Origin: Octopus sinensis
Taxonomy: Eukaryota
Assembly: GCF_006345805.1 (NCBI RefSeq)
Contig: NC_043010.1
Coordinates: forward strand, 5,146,001 to 5,210,000
Direction: 5' to 3'
Length of the DNA stretch: 64,000 nucleotides
Made by a program: the position numbers and the translations under genes. Under the pieces are notes generated by a model. That model worked only from the letters and a program-made list of their open reading frames with translations. It was not told where the DNA came from and made no database searches. Numbering within the stretch: position 1 is the stretch's first letter; each line of letters begins with the position of its first letter. This document shows, one piece after another, positions 1-11,196 of the stretch.

Positions 1-487
1 GAAGCTGGACTGCTTCCATGGGTGAATGAGCACTTTCAAAATGCGCCTTGGGGCCTCCAACAGGAGTCGGTAACATCCCACAGCTCCAAACAGATACAAC
101 ACAGGATTCAGAAAAACAGTCCATCGTTCATAGGCAAGTATGAATGGCACTCAAGAAGCCTCGATCTCAATCCATTGGATTTTCTGTTTGGCCTGTTTTG
201 GAGACTATCTGCTCAAGCACTCCTTATATTTCACTAGATGCTCCGATGGCAAAACTGCACCAGGAATGGGCTTTGATTTCACAAGAACAGCTACATGTTG
301 CATGCAAAGCATTCTCACCTACACTTAAGGGTGTGATTCGAAACAGAGGTGGTCATATCGAATAAATGTGATTGTGTCATAATTGTGCTTCCTTTACAAC
401 ATTGCAGCATTTGGACCCAAAATATAACAACATTTTTTTGGGCAAAATTGGAAAAAGTTGATTGCCCTAATTTTGGAACACTCTGTA
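1..487 (+). mobile_element. Decayed Tc1/mariner superfamily transposon, DD37D (maT-like), 3' part with right TIR
   Basis: Frameshifted translation QQE-x37-D (…EWHSRSLDLNPLD/FSVW…RNRGGHIE*). TIR-like end ccctaattttggaacactctg plus TA at 465-487. Confidence 0.85.
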
Positions 488-502
488 TAAATGTATATAT
501 AT

Positions 503-549
<47 letters not shown>

Positions 550-592
550 AAGAGAGAAAGAGATATATAGATATACAGGGTGCCCAAAATTA

Positions 593-623
<31 letters not shown>

Positions 624-1283
624 ATATATATATATATATATACTACATATGTGGGAAATTCTGTCTGTAGGTGTATTTATGAAGTTGTTAACTCCTCCTA
701 CATCGTTTTATCGATTTTGATGAAGCTTGACACGCGAAACCTCATGGCATACTCAAATTGTTGAAAAAAAGATAATAGTGCCCCTGGAAGGGATTCTTAT
801 AAATATATGATATATTTTATTTTAAAAACCAAGGGAAATAACCCATTTATTTTCCTAAATTATTTGGTAAAAATTAAATTGAGTATACTTATTTCTTAGT
901 ATTTTAACTGTTAGAGTTATTTTCACAATTTATCCAGTACAGCCCTTAAACAAGTAAATAGTATTTTCCTAAACAACAGATCCACTTTTTTCAGTTAGTG
1001 ATTTATTCATAAATATACCAATACTAGCGCCCCTGAGGGTAATATTCCCTGGAACACACAAAAGCCTTTTTCAGAGTTATTTACTTTGCATTGCTATTAT
1101 CTCATATATGATTAATCTGTTATTATGTAGCATGCTTCACGATTTTAGTATACATACCTTATTAGTATTTCCTCCTATGTTCTCTATACCATTGGAATGC
1201 ATTAAAGCCCTTTTCAGGGCTACTTTATATGAATTCTTACTAGCACACGCCCAAGTATGCTCAACAACACAGTATGCTCAACA

Positions 1284-1911
1284 TCAGTAAGAAAATGTGG
1301 AAGACCTAACTGTGGTTTATACGTCAACCTAATTGAGGGATCGGAGTTCGCTTTCAAACAGGGTCAACATTTAACAATGGAAGACAACTTCACACGTACT
1401 TTGGAGAACCTAATATATATATTTACTTACTCTGGGTGTTGAGAGCAATATATAGGCTAAACCAAAACAGTCTACATCAAAGGATGGCTCTACATAGATC
1501 CTGGATCAAAATTTGGGAATGCAGAAAAATAGCATTCAGAAAACACATTGACATTTGCGTCACCAACAAACAACCCAGCTTCAGAATTCTTCCCCTCTAT
1601 AAATTCAAGAATGCAGCCTGTAGTCAACACATTAGCAAATAGTTATATTTTATCACAAAATATAAACCCCTTTTGAATGCATTCACCACAAATGACACTA
1701 TTACAAGGGCCTTAGAATAATACCCACACAAATATTAAAAACGATATATTCAGAACAGTCACTACCCACGAATTTATTCAGAACAATTCCAATCACTACT
1801 ATTACAACCACAACAGGTTTGGCCATTTGAGAGGATTCCACCAAAATCCTACTACTGTCATACCACTCCTGCATTCTTCTTCTTCTTCTTCTTCTTCTTC
1901 TTCTTCTTCTT

Positions 1912-1968
<57 letters not shown>

Positions 1969-2345
1969 TTACTACTTCTTCTTCTTCTTCTACTTTCTCT
2001 TCTTCTTCCTCTTCTTCTTCACCTCTTCTTCAGTTACTACTGCTGCTTAAACAATCAAAACCAAGAACTCATATCAAATATTAGGACTGCTACTGCCTGC
2101 TACCTCCTACCAAGCCCTGACAAGAGTAAAAATGTGAGACAGAGACTGACCTGAAAAAAGGAAAATGTCCCTTGCATTTGAAACCTTTGGAAATATTTTT
2201 AAAAAACATTTAATTTAATTTTTCCACAATTTTATGTTTTTCATGTTTTACTCGAAGTTGAAAAAGTCGCAAAGACTGAAACTGGTACTAAAATGTTTTT
2301 CATGATAAAATTATTCAAGCATTTTGTACCTTGTCTTATTTTGTG
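1284..2345 (+). mobile_element. Penelope-like element remnant: GIY-YIG endonuclease, microsatellite-containing 3' region and pLTR-like tail
   Basis: Broken translation RKCGRPNCG…NLIYIFTYSGC*EQYIG*T…LHQRMALHR…HIDIC…LYFITKYKPLLN matches the Penelope GIY-YIG layout. The tail 2100-2345 has a second copy at about 42630-42870. Confidence 0.8.
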
Positions 2346-2370
2346 TGTTTTTTCAACCTTCTACACACAC

Positions 2371-2394
2371 AGATAGATAGATAGATAGATAGCC

Positions 2395-2484
<90 letters not shown>

Positions 2485-2540
2485 GCAGATTGATGGATAG
2501 ATAGATAGAGAGATAGATAGATAGACAAATAGAGAGATAG
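2371..2540. repeat. (AGAT)n/(AGAC)n microsatellite; similar array at 54415-54547
   Basis: Directly visible. Confidence 0.95.
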
Positions 2541-2769
2541 ACAACTATTTGCAGGATCCAATAATACCAAAGTATTTTAATAATAATAGGGGCACCAAAG
2601 TAGATCCAAGGACAACATACCCATGTATCAACAATGTGTATGTACACTCATGTACTATAAACCAAATACACTCAATGTATATGTAATATTACTCAACAGT
2701 ATACACTGGCATGCGGGCCATGTAAGCTCAGGATCTAATGCTGGGAAGGTTCTGAGGGTAGTGTAGTAG

Positions 2770-3130
2770 AAATCCTAACACAGATGGGCTGAGGTTCACT
2801 ACAGCTGTTTCAGATGTATTTTTTATTGATGAACAAATCAATTACATCATTTCATTTGAGTTTGAGTCCATGCTCAGGCCAAGTCGAAGACTCCACCCTC
2901 AGAGTCTGGTGTGGTTGCCAGGTTGTATTCTCTGTTTAATTTTGACATGTGTAGGAGCGAGTTTGAGTCAGTTTGTGCTCGTTGTGTATATCCTGGGAGA
3001 TGGGGTTCATCTCTAATGGTGCTTAAGTATCTATCCAGCTGCAATTTGAATGATTCCACACTGCATCCTGATAGATTTCTGACATGTACCGGAATGGAGT
3101 TGAATAGTTGTGCTCCTCGAACCAACAGAC
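2770..3130 (-). mobile_element. Non-LTR retrotransposon 3' fragment (ORF2 C-terminus and 3' UTR)
   Basis: GAQLFNSIPVHVRNLSGCSVESFKLQLDRYLSTIRDEPHLPGY…TDSNSLL is a typical LINE ORF2 C-terminus, similar to the end of the 58-62 kb LINE. Confidence 0.8.
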
Positions 3131-3464
3131 TTGATTCTCGCAGACTTGATTTTTACATCATGTAAAAAAAAAAAAATTTCTTCAGAGGAATTAAAAGTAA
3201 AAATATAATTTAACATTTAGAATTTTTCAGAGCAAGAGTATAGAATGTATACTGACTCTTTCATCCCAATGCCAGTTCATTCTATATTCTCTGTGGGAAA
3301 AATCATAAATGCTAAATTTAATTTTAATTTCAGCTCACCTGAAGAAAAGGATTTTCTTTGCATGATGTAATTAATTTGGTCATCAATACGAAACATGTCT
3401 GAAACAGCTGTAGTGAACCTCAGCCCATATGTGCTACTATATATATATATATATATATATATTT

Positions 3465-3655
3465 TTTATTTTATAGAAGGAGCTTCTATAGACTAGAACT
3501 GTTTCATTCAAATGAAATCTTCCTGAAGATTTCATTTGAATGAAACAGTTCTAGTCCTGTAGAAGCTCCTTCTATAAAATAAATTAATTTACTCTGCTAT
3601 GTATTGAGTACCTTATTTACTGTGGTTAACCCCGACTCAACCCGGAACCTACATG
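3465..3655 (+). ncRNA. Foldback element with a type I hammerhead ribozyme motif (family HH-A, copy 1)
   Basis: Hairpin 3465-3583. Motif cttc-CTGAAGA-(ttca/tgaa)-GAAA-cag..ctg-TA-gaag at 3519-3565. Body 3584-3655 is shared with 11012-11090. Confidence 0.7.
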
Positions 3656-4726
3656 TATATATATATATATATATATACACATACACATATATATATACAT
3701 ATATATGCATGAATGTGTATGTGTGTTTGTGGCAGTGTTTGTAGCCCCTATCATGTGACAAATGGTGTTGGTTTGTTTACATCCCTGTACCTTAGCAGTT
3801 CAGAAAAAGAAACATGGCTATAGTCCAGCATGGCTGCAGTCTAATGAGTGAAACAAATAAAAGATAAAAGATATAGTTATAAGTATGAAAATTATCCTTT
3901 TTAAGTTTTAAGGATTTGACAGAAAAACTTAGCATTTTGAGGAACATTTGATATAGCCATGGGCAAACTGCTGCTTGTAGGACTTTCTGGATTTCACAAC
4001 AAACGAAATATTACCTCAAATCCCTCTTCAGTAGAGCAGCCTCCTTGATGATGAGCTGGTTCCATGTGGCCCACTTCTTAATAAAGGTTGACCATACCTG
4101 ATAAAATTCTTATCTTCAATAATCAACTTATGTTCAAGTTTTGGTTATTGTTGTTGTTGTTGGCGTTATTATTCTTTTTTATTTAACCTCTGGTCAACCT
4201 TGTTCAAGAAGGTCTGTGATCAAAGGTAATTTAGGTCCAAGAGTACCACATTTCAATAGGTGTGTTTTGGATTGTAATTTCTAGCATGTTATTTGAAAAC
4301 GGTAAGTACTATAAGTAAATTTCAAGGAAGATTTGACTGTTGCTTCAAGCACATCAAGCAAAACATAATTTTTGGACTTTAAGTTATGTGGACCTGGTAT
4401 GCTATAAAAATAGCAAAAATAAAAATAAAATGCTAAGACAAATAATTTAATTTTGAGATTTTTGAGGTGCTTGTTAGGTTGCCTCGCATGGATTATATAG
4501 ATTATAGACTAAGGTTATATAGAGGAACGGTAATGAAAGTAATATGTTTATTATTAGAAGAAGACAAAAAACATTATTCCTAAGAATGTAAGTAAATCGG
4601 CAGGATATCTTCACTCTAATATAAAGATAACGAAGGTGATATTCAGTGAGTAATACGCTACTCACTGTACACTAATTACTGTATTCAAAACAGAGCAGTA
4701 TATCATGCTAGGATAACAAATAATAA

Positions 4727-4757
<31 letters not shown>

Positions 4758-5012
4758 TGTGGTGGTGGTGGTGGTGATGATGATGATGACGGTGAAGATA
4801 ATGATATTATCAACACATGACTTAGTGTATAATCAGGGTTTAACAAACGCAAGAAATTACTCAGATCTGTAATGTAAGGCTTAGTATATATCCAAGAATG
4901 TGAAACAGAAGATGTGACTTGAATCCTATCTGACAGTTAGCTACACTTTCTTTTCTCTCACTTTCCTTTTTCTTTTTAGCCTGTTCCATTTCAGTACATA
5001 CATGCACACACA

Positions 5013-5061
<49 letters not shown>

Positions 5062-5193
5062 TACATACATACATTTACACATATACATTCATATAGGTAT
5101 ATATATATATATTATATATATATTATATATATACATATATATATATATATTTATACATACATACATATACACATATACATTCATATAGGTATA

Positions 5194-5243
<50 letters not shown>

Positions 5244-5262
5244 CATATACATATATATACAT

Positions 5263-5321
<59 letters not shown>

Positions 5322-5399
5322 TATATCTATTTTTGACATTGTATTATATCAATAGATAAAGGCATTCAACCTATTAATATGAAAATTTAGATGCTCTTC

Positions 5400-6452
5400 C
5401 TTTTTGTTCCCTTTTTTCCCCTTTTTTTTTTTGCTTATTTTCTTGAATTTTGTTTGATATTCTTGTAACTTTTGCCAAATTGGAAATCGTTCACAATTTT
5501 ATTCTGACACATAAAGGATAACATTAAAGTTATTGACACTCTTTTTATGTGTTTCATATATATATATTTTCTTTTATTAAAAGAATGTATGATTTTTCTC
5601 AGATTAGGGGTTACAGAGATAACACAAACGGAAATTTGATTATAAAAGAACAATTAGTCATTATTGGTTTAATTAACAAAAGACAATTATCAGTTATCAA
5701 TTTTAATTTCTCTCTATTGAAGATAATGTCCACATGTAAAATATAGATTGTTTAAAATATTTCTGTAAAGGTGACAGAGAGTGAGTGATAAATGAGATCT
5801 TACAAGACATCACATGACAAGAATATTTTTGTTGCGTGTTTTTGAACAATCTTTTTTTTGTTTCTTTTCTTTTCTTTTCTCTTTTTATTGAGGATTTTTG
5901 GGGTTTTGTTGTAAAATAAATGAAGGTGTCAAAAAAGTTTTCACAAACTCTGAAAGCTACATACATATCTTCATCAACTTCACATAGACTTGTAATGTTC
6001 CTGTGTGTCACAGAAGAATTGTTTTTTTTTTTTGTTATTTTAGCTAAATAAGCATTCTAAAGAGGCTAGAATTATACAACCTGAGTATGGATAGTTTATT
6101 GCCTCTGTTAAATAGAATATTACACCCAAGTGGAGGTAGTATATTGAAAAATGAGAGTACCATATTCTATTGAACTAGGAGCCAGGTATATTACACAGAT
6201 GAAAACTAGAGTATTTTACTTTGATAGTATCCAGGTAGAGGCTCAATGTGGTTGTGTATGTAGGAGCCCTGGTGTATTGTTTTGTCTGTGGCCTGTAATG
6301 CTGTTCAGGGTAACCCTGGTGGTGTCAAGTATTAGTCAACGGTGGCCAAAGAGTATTTTAATCCAGGAAGAAAATAACAAATTATTCAAATTAATTAATT
6401 AAACCAATTCTAGCAATTTTTGTATTGGAAATGTATTCTATTTAATTAAATT
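5400..6452 (-). other. Probable 3' UTR of the protocadherin
   Basis: About 1 kb of unique AT-rich sequence directly after the stop, with AATAAA on the minus strand at e.g. 6100-6095 and 5503-5498. The true 3' end is not determinable. Confidence 0.5.
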
Positions 6453-6781
6453 CTATTTTAAAGGAACTTTAGCATATTTCTCAGAAGATGGTACTTTTAA
6501 AGAGTTCCATGGATATGGTAATGCTGGTAATGGCTTTGAATAAGACGTAAAACTATTCCTCATGGGCAAATTCCAAGATTGTGAAGCAGTCTTTGGGTCT
6601 GTATTATTTACTCTATATGATTTCAGGTCAATGACATCATTGTGTGAAGATGGATTCTGAATAGCTTCAGTTTGGTTCGATAGTTTTGCATGAGAAATGG
6701 TGTCTTTATATCTACTAATTGCCAATGGTAGAGACAGTTTGGCTGAGCTTTGGAATTCCACAGGCAAGCAGGATTTTATAC
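6453..6781 (-). CDS. Protocadherin terminal coding exon (G-IKSCLPVEFQSSAKL...KPLPALPYPWNSLKVPSSEKYAKVPLK*)
   Basis: Acceptor ...gatttcatcttAG at 6783-6782, phase 1; open to the stop at 6455-6453. S/T/P-rich non-repetitive sequence followed by a long AT-rich unique tract. 2418+154+329 = 2901 nt = 966 aa plus stop. Confidence 0.78.
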
Positions 6782-7144
6782 CTAAGATGAAATCAAAACA
6801 ACAATTATATATATTATATATTTATGTTCATTGTTTAAATAGAATAACAAAAGTAGGTTTACTGTATAAAATTATATAATAAAATTGTGACTTAAACACA
6901 CCAATATTGAACATTCATTATTGTAGACATATAGGAATGCATAATAGAGGACTTTGAGGCAGCGGCTAGCAAGAAACATGGTATGCAAAAGTAATTATCA
7001 ACTTGGACACACACGTGCACACACACACTCACACACACACGCACACACACAAACACACACACACATACACACATGAACTGATAATTGCTGTTGAATGACA
7101 GAAAGTGGAAGATTTATTAACAGAAGTTAACAACATTGCACACA

Positions 7145-7966
7145 TGTGGTCTGATCAATAAGTATCCGGACTGTTGCTATAGTAACGAAGCTAAATCATG
7201 CAGAGTGAAGCCGCTTGACACAGATTGACCTTGAACTCTGCTGTGTATGAGCACTAAGTTTTAACATTCTAGCTTACTTCAACTGTTTACATCAGTGCTT
7301 GGAAGTAACATGGTTGCAGGTAACCTGCTCAGAGGACTACGCAAAGTTTTCAAGAAGTTTTCATCGTTCTCGACAAAACCAAAGAGATCCTGTGCAACTG
7401 AAACTCAAGTGTCTTTTTGGTCCGCTGAAAGAAGTTTTGGCATAAATTTGGCAGACACGCGTCTCATACACAAATCTTCAGTGATAATGGACTGAACTGA
7501 ACTGTAACTAATCTCCACATCCTCTGATAACTCATGGATGGTGATTCGATGATTTCCCCTCACAGCTGCACACACATTTGCGAGGTTTTGCTCAGTATTG
7601 CTGGTTGCAGGCCTCCCAGAACGATCGTCACTATCGACATTTTCTCAGCAATCTTTGAAACGTCTGAGCCATTCAAACACTTGTGTGTAGCTCAAACACT
7701 CCTCTCCATACACTTTCTGCAACTTTGCATAGGCCTCTCAGCAGGTATCACCATGACAACTTTCTCTGTCATGGTCAATGCAATGATCACACACTACACA
7801 CCTTCCTTCATGGTACTGCTGTAAACAGCAGACGTGAGCTAGAATGTTAAAATTTAGTGCACATGCACAACAGATGTCAAGGTCAATTGGTGCAAAGGGA
7901 CTTCACTCTGCATTCTTTAGCTTTGTTACTATGGCAACAGTCCTGATACTTATTTATCAGACCTTG
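7145..7966 (-). mobile_element. Internally deleted mariner transposon with long (~150 bp) TIRs
   Basis: The ends are reverse complements (ggtctgatcaataagtatccggactgttgc / gcaacagtcctgatacttatttatcagacc) with TA at 7967-68. Minus-strand remnant ITIHELSEDVEISYSSVQSIITEDLCMRRVSAKFMPKLLSADQK. Confidence 0.88.
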
Positions 7967-8049
7967 TATTTATGTGTGAGTGTATGTGCATATATGCCTT
8001 CATATATATGCATATACAACACAATATATATATATATATGTAAATATAT

Positions 8050-8272
8050 TCTTTTATTCTTTCACAAGTTTCAGTCATTTGACTACGGCCATGCTGGAGC
8101 ACCACCTTAATTGGATTTTTTAGTCAAAGAAATCGACCCCAGGAATTATTCTTTGTAATCCTAGTACTTATTCTATTGGTCACTTTTTACAACACCACTA
8201 AGTTATAAGGACATAAACACACCAACAGTGGCTGTCAAGTGATAGTGGGGGAACAAGCATAGACACAAAGAT
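8050..8272 (-). mobile_element. SINE family A, 3' half, diverged
   Basis: gtttcagtcatttgact…ctggagcacc…tagtacttattcta blocks. Confidence 0.75.
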
Positions 8273-8304
8273 ACTCTCACATAAATATAAACATACATAC
8301 ATAT

Positions 8305-8650
8305 ATGCATTAAGATAAGCCGAGGAGATGAATAATGTGGAACAATGCATCAATTTTATCAGGGAGGATATAAACAACAGTGTGCATCAATAAATCATTA
8401 AAATGACATATTGATGCACACAGTTCTTTATATCCTCCCTGATGAGATTGATGCATTGTTTCACATTATTCATCTTCTTGGATTTATTTTAATGCATCTA
8501 TCGAAACATATGTCGGTGGTATGGTGATATAAACAATTTAAATAACATCTTGAGTGTTTGTCTCTATTTTCCATTATTCTTATGTTCTCCAAAACACATC
8601 TTGCTTCTCCCAAGAATTAACTCCCATGCAAGCTTGATCACCAATTCCTA
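8305..8650 (+). ncRNA. Foldback element with an intact minimal type I hammerhead (HH-B)
   Basis: cctcc-CTGATGA-(12-bp stem II, 1 mismatch)-GAAA-catatg-TC-ggtgg at 8434-8519; palindromic stem III ACATATGT. Inverted partial copy at 8305-8392. Confidence 0.8.
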
Positions 8651-8862
8651 GGACATTTATGTATGTGTGTGTATATCTATATATATATATATATATATAT
8701 ATAAGCAATAATAAATCTCTGAGTGAGGCAAATACTGATTGGGCACAGAAAGTGTGTCAATAGCCAGCTGGAAGAGGTGTCCTCCTGGGGCTACAAGCTA
8801 CAGTAGCATCCACCCTTAAGGGTTAGCCACATTTAAGTGGCAAATATGCTTCATGATATATA

Positions 8863-8900
<38 letters not shown>

Positions 8901-9214
8901 TATATATATATATATTTATATATATATATATATGTACACACATATACATATATGTAGATAAAAAAGAGGGAGATAGAAACGAATATTCCCTTGCAGGTTG
9001 AAAAATAGGTGCTTTAATGAAACATCTATAACTCACCTTTATATGATAAACCCTGTCAGTGGGCAAGACGAACAGAATAATTTTAAAATTACTGTGATTT
9101 AATAGTTTCAGGTTTAACTTACAAATTAAATAAATTAATTTTGAAAGAATTAATTTAATTTATATTTATGTGTGTCTGTATATACATATATATATATATA
9201 TATATCTTTCTATA

Positions 9215-9246
<32 letters not shown>

Positions 9247-9272
9247 TGTGTATATATATATGTGTGTGTATG

Positions 9273-9303
<31 letters not shown>

Positions 9304-10019
9304 TTATGTAAGTATGTCTTTGTTTCTACATTTGTTCCTCCAATTTCAATTGACAACCAATGGTGATGTGTTTATGTCCATTATTCTTATATACCTATAT
9401 ACATACATATATACACACACACACATATATATATATATATATGTATATATATACATATATATATATTATACATACACACAAACATGAACACACACACACA
9501 CACATGTATTTCTCCTGTCATTAAAATGTCCATATACTTTGTGTCTCCTAAGCCATGTGGAATAAGAGATCTCTTACTTGGAAAACAGGTAAGGATTAAT
9601 GTCAGGAATGTCACCTAGCTGTAAAACAATGCATTGAAGACATATTTGTCTAACACCTATGCTACCATATAAAAAAAAGTACACAAAAACACCCAACAAA
9701 TATATGTGTTGTTGTATGTTTGTGTTTCTGGGAATAATAGATCTGAAAGCACTCCTACGCATGTAAATATTACGGCTGGAAAACCTCTTTGGACAGAAAA
9801 AAGTAAAAGGCTGTCTGTAGGACTTGAAACCACCACTTTGTCATGTCTATTAAGCAACCATCAGGATTTTCTATCCAAAAGGAATTTTTAGCCCCAAATT
9901 TCCATGGTATTATTCATAATTTTCTGTGCTTCAAGACCCTCTATTCCAAAAGCAAATTATTTTACATTCTCTGAAATGTCTCTAAAATTCTTTCAGCATC
10001 AATAACATAATGTATGCCA

Positions 10020-10340
10020 AATAAATACAGGCACTGTCTATTCCTTCTTCACTTGTTTATTACTGTTCTTATTCTAACTCATGTCCATTGTCTGGAAATT
10101 TGTGCTCTTGCTCTGCTTATGGAAATAGCAGAACAAGAGCACAAATGAAGGTGGAAAGTGTTGCTGAAGAGGTCACAGATGTGCGAAAGATTCCCAGACA
10201 ATGGACATGAGTTAGAATAAGAACAGTAATAAACAAGTGAAGAACGAATATATGGCAACACAAAAAATGACCATCCCGAAATACAACAATATCTGTTTCA
10301 ACACATGGTTTCACATCAAGAATCTTGCAACACAAATTCA
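10020..10340 (+). mobile_element. Foldback element of family HH-H, shorter left arm
   Basis: Inverted arms at about 10025-10100 and 10190-10250; CTGAAGA at 10164-10170, GAAA at 10185-10188. Colinear with 63200-63410. Confidence 0.6.
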
Positions 10341-10350
10341 TATATATATA

Positions 10351-10643
10351 TAGGGTGCAAGGGGTATTTGAGGACAGTTTTGGTATACAATAAAACAACA
10401 ATATTTCAGCATAAATAAGTATGTATTTTGAATAAACATTTGTACACTTAATCTTGGTAAGGACTTTTTAAGCAAATTATTCTATGAAACCACCTTTGGC
10501 TTTGATGACTGCTTCAATGCAGGACCGAAGCCACTGGCATGCTGGCACTATATGGTCCTTATTCATTTCGGACATCACCTGGACAATTTCAGCCTTCAGC
10601 GAAACTAAGGTATTATGAGAATGACGATTAGTCTGCCTTTCAA
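10351..10643 (-). mobile_element. mariner/maT-like transposase C-terminal remnant with TIR
   Basis: VERQTNRHSHNTLVSLKAEIVQVM…LRSCIEAVIKAKGGFIE*; TA-tagggtg end at 10349-10357. Confidence 0.75.
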
Positions 10644-10860
10644 CATTACATGAATTTAAATGCAGAGTCATCATCAGCTGCATAAATAAATAGAATTTTA
10701 AACAGTTGGACAGATTAAAATTCTATTTATTTGTGCAGCTGATGATAGCTCTGCATTTAAATTCATGTAATGATTGCATTGTTCAACTAAATGGAGCCGC
10801 TTGAAACGGTCGTACTGCATCATTCTTGATATCCTGTTGCTTATTTTGATTATATATATA
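10644..10860 (+). ncRNA. Foldback element with an intact minimal type I hammerhead (HH-C)
   Basis: tgcag-CTGATGA-…-GAAA-cggtcg-TA-ctgca at 10734-10819. Hairpin 10644-10772 with ~58-bp arms. Confidence 0.75.
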
Positions 10861-10889
10861 TATTGATATATATATATGTATATATATTT

Positions 10890-10930
<41 letters not shown>

Positions 10931-11011
10931 TATATATATTGATATATATATATATATTATTGATATATATATTATATATATTGATAATATATATTGTTAT
11001 ATATATATGAT

Positions 11012-11196
11012 ATGTAGGTCCCGTTGGATTCGGGGTTAACCACAGTAAATAAGGTACTCAATACATAGCAGAGTAAAATTAATTTATATATAAGGAGCTT
11101 CTACAGGACTAGAACTGTTTCTTCAAGAGAATCTTCCTGAAATCTTCCTGAAGATTTCTCTTGAATGAAACAGTTCTAGTCCTGTAGAAGCTCCTT
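11012..11196. ncRNA. Foldback element with a type I hammerhead motif (family HH-A, copy 2)
   Basis: Body is on the minus strand (11012-11090). Hairpin 11092-11196. Complete core on + at 11144-11190. Confidence 0.7.

Noticed and set aside
650-1070. Possible Helitron/Helentron-type non-autonomous element
   Set aside because: Only vague motif resemblance; no termini or second copy identifiable in the window.
4644-4667. 9-bp stem hairpin cagtgagta/tactcactg
   Set aside because: Too short to distinguish from chance in 64 kb.
8980-9035. Possible hammerhead TTGAAAA…GAAA-catc-TA
   Set aside because: Non-canonical core and stems I and II do not pair convincingly.
10477-10683. 68-aa ORF as a gene
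   Set aside because: Chimera of a hammerhead foldback arm and a mariner transposase C-terminus.
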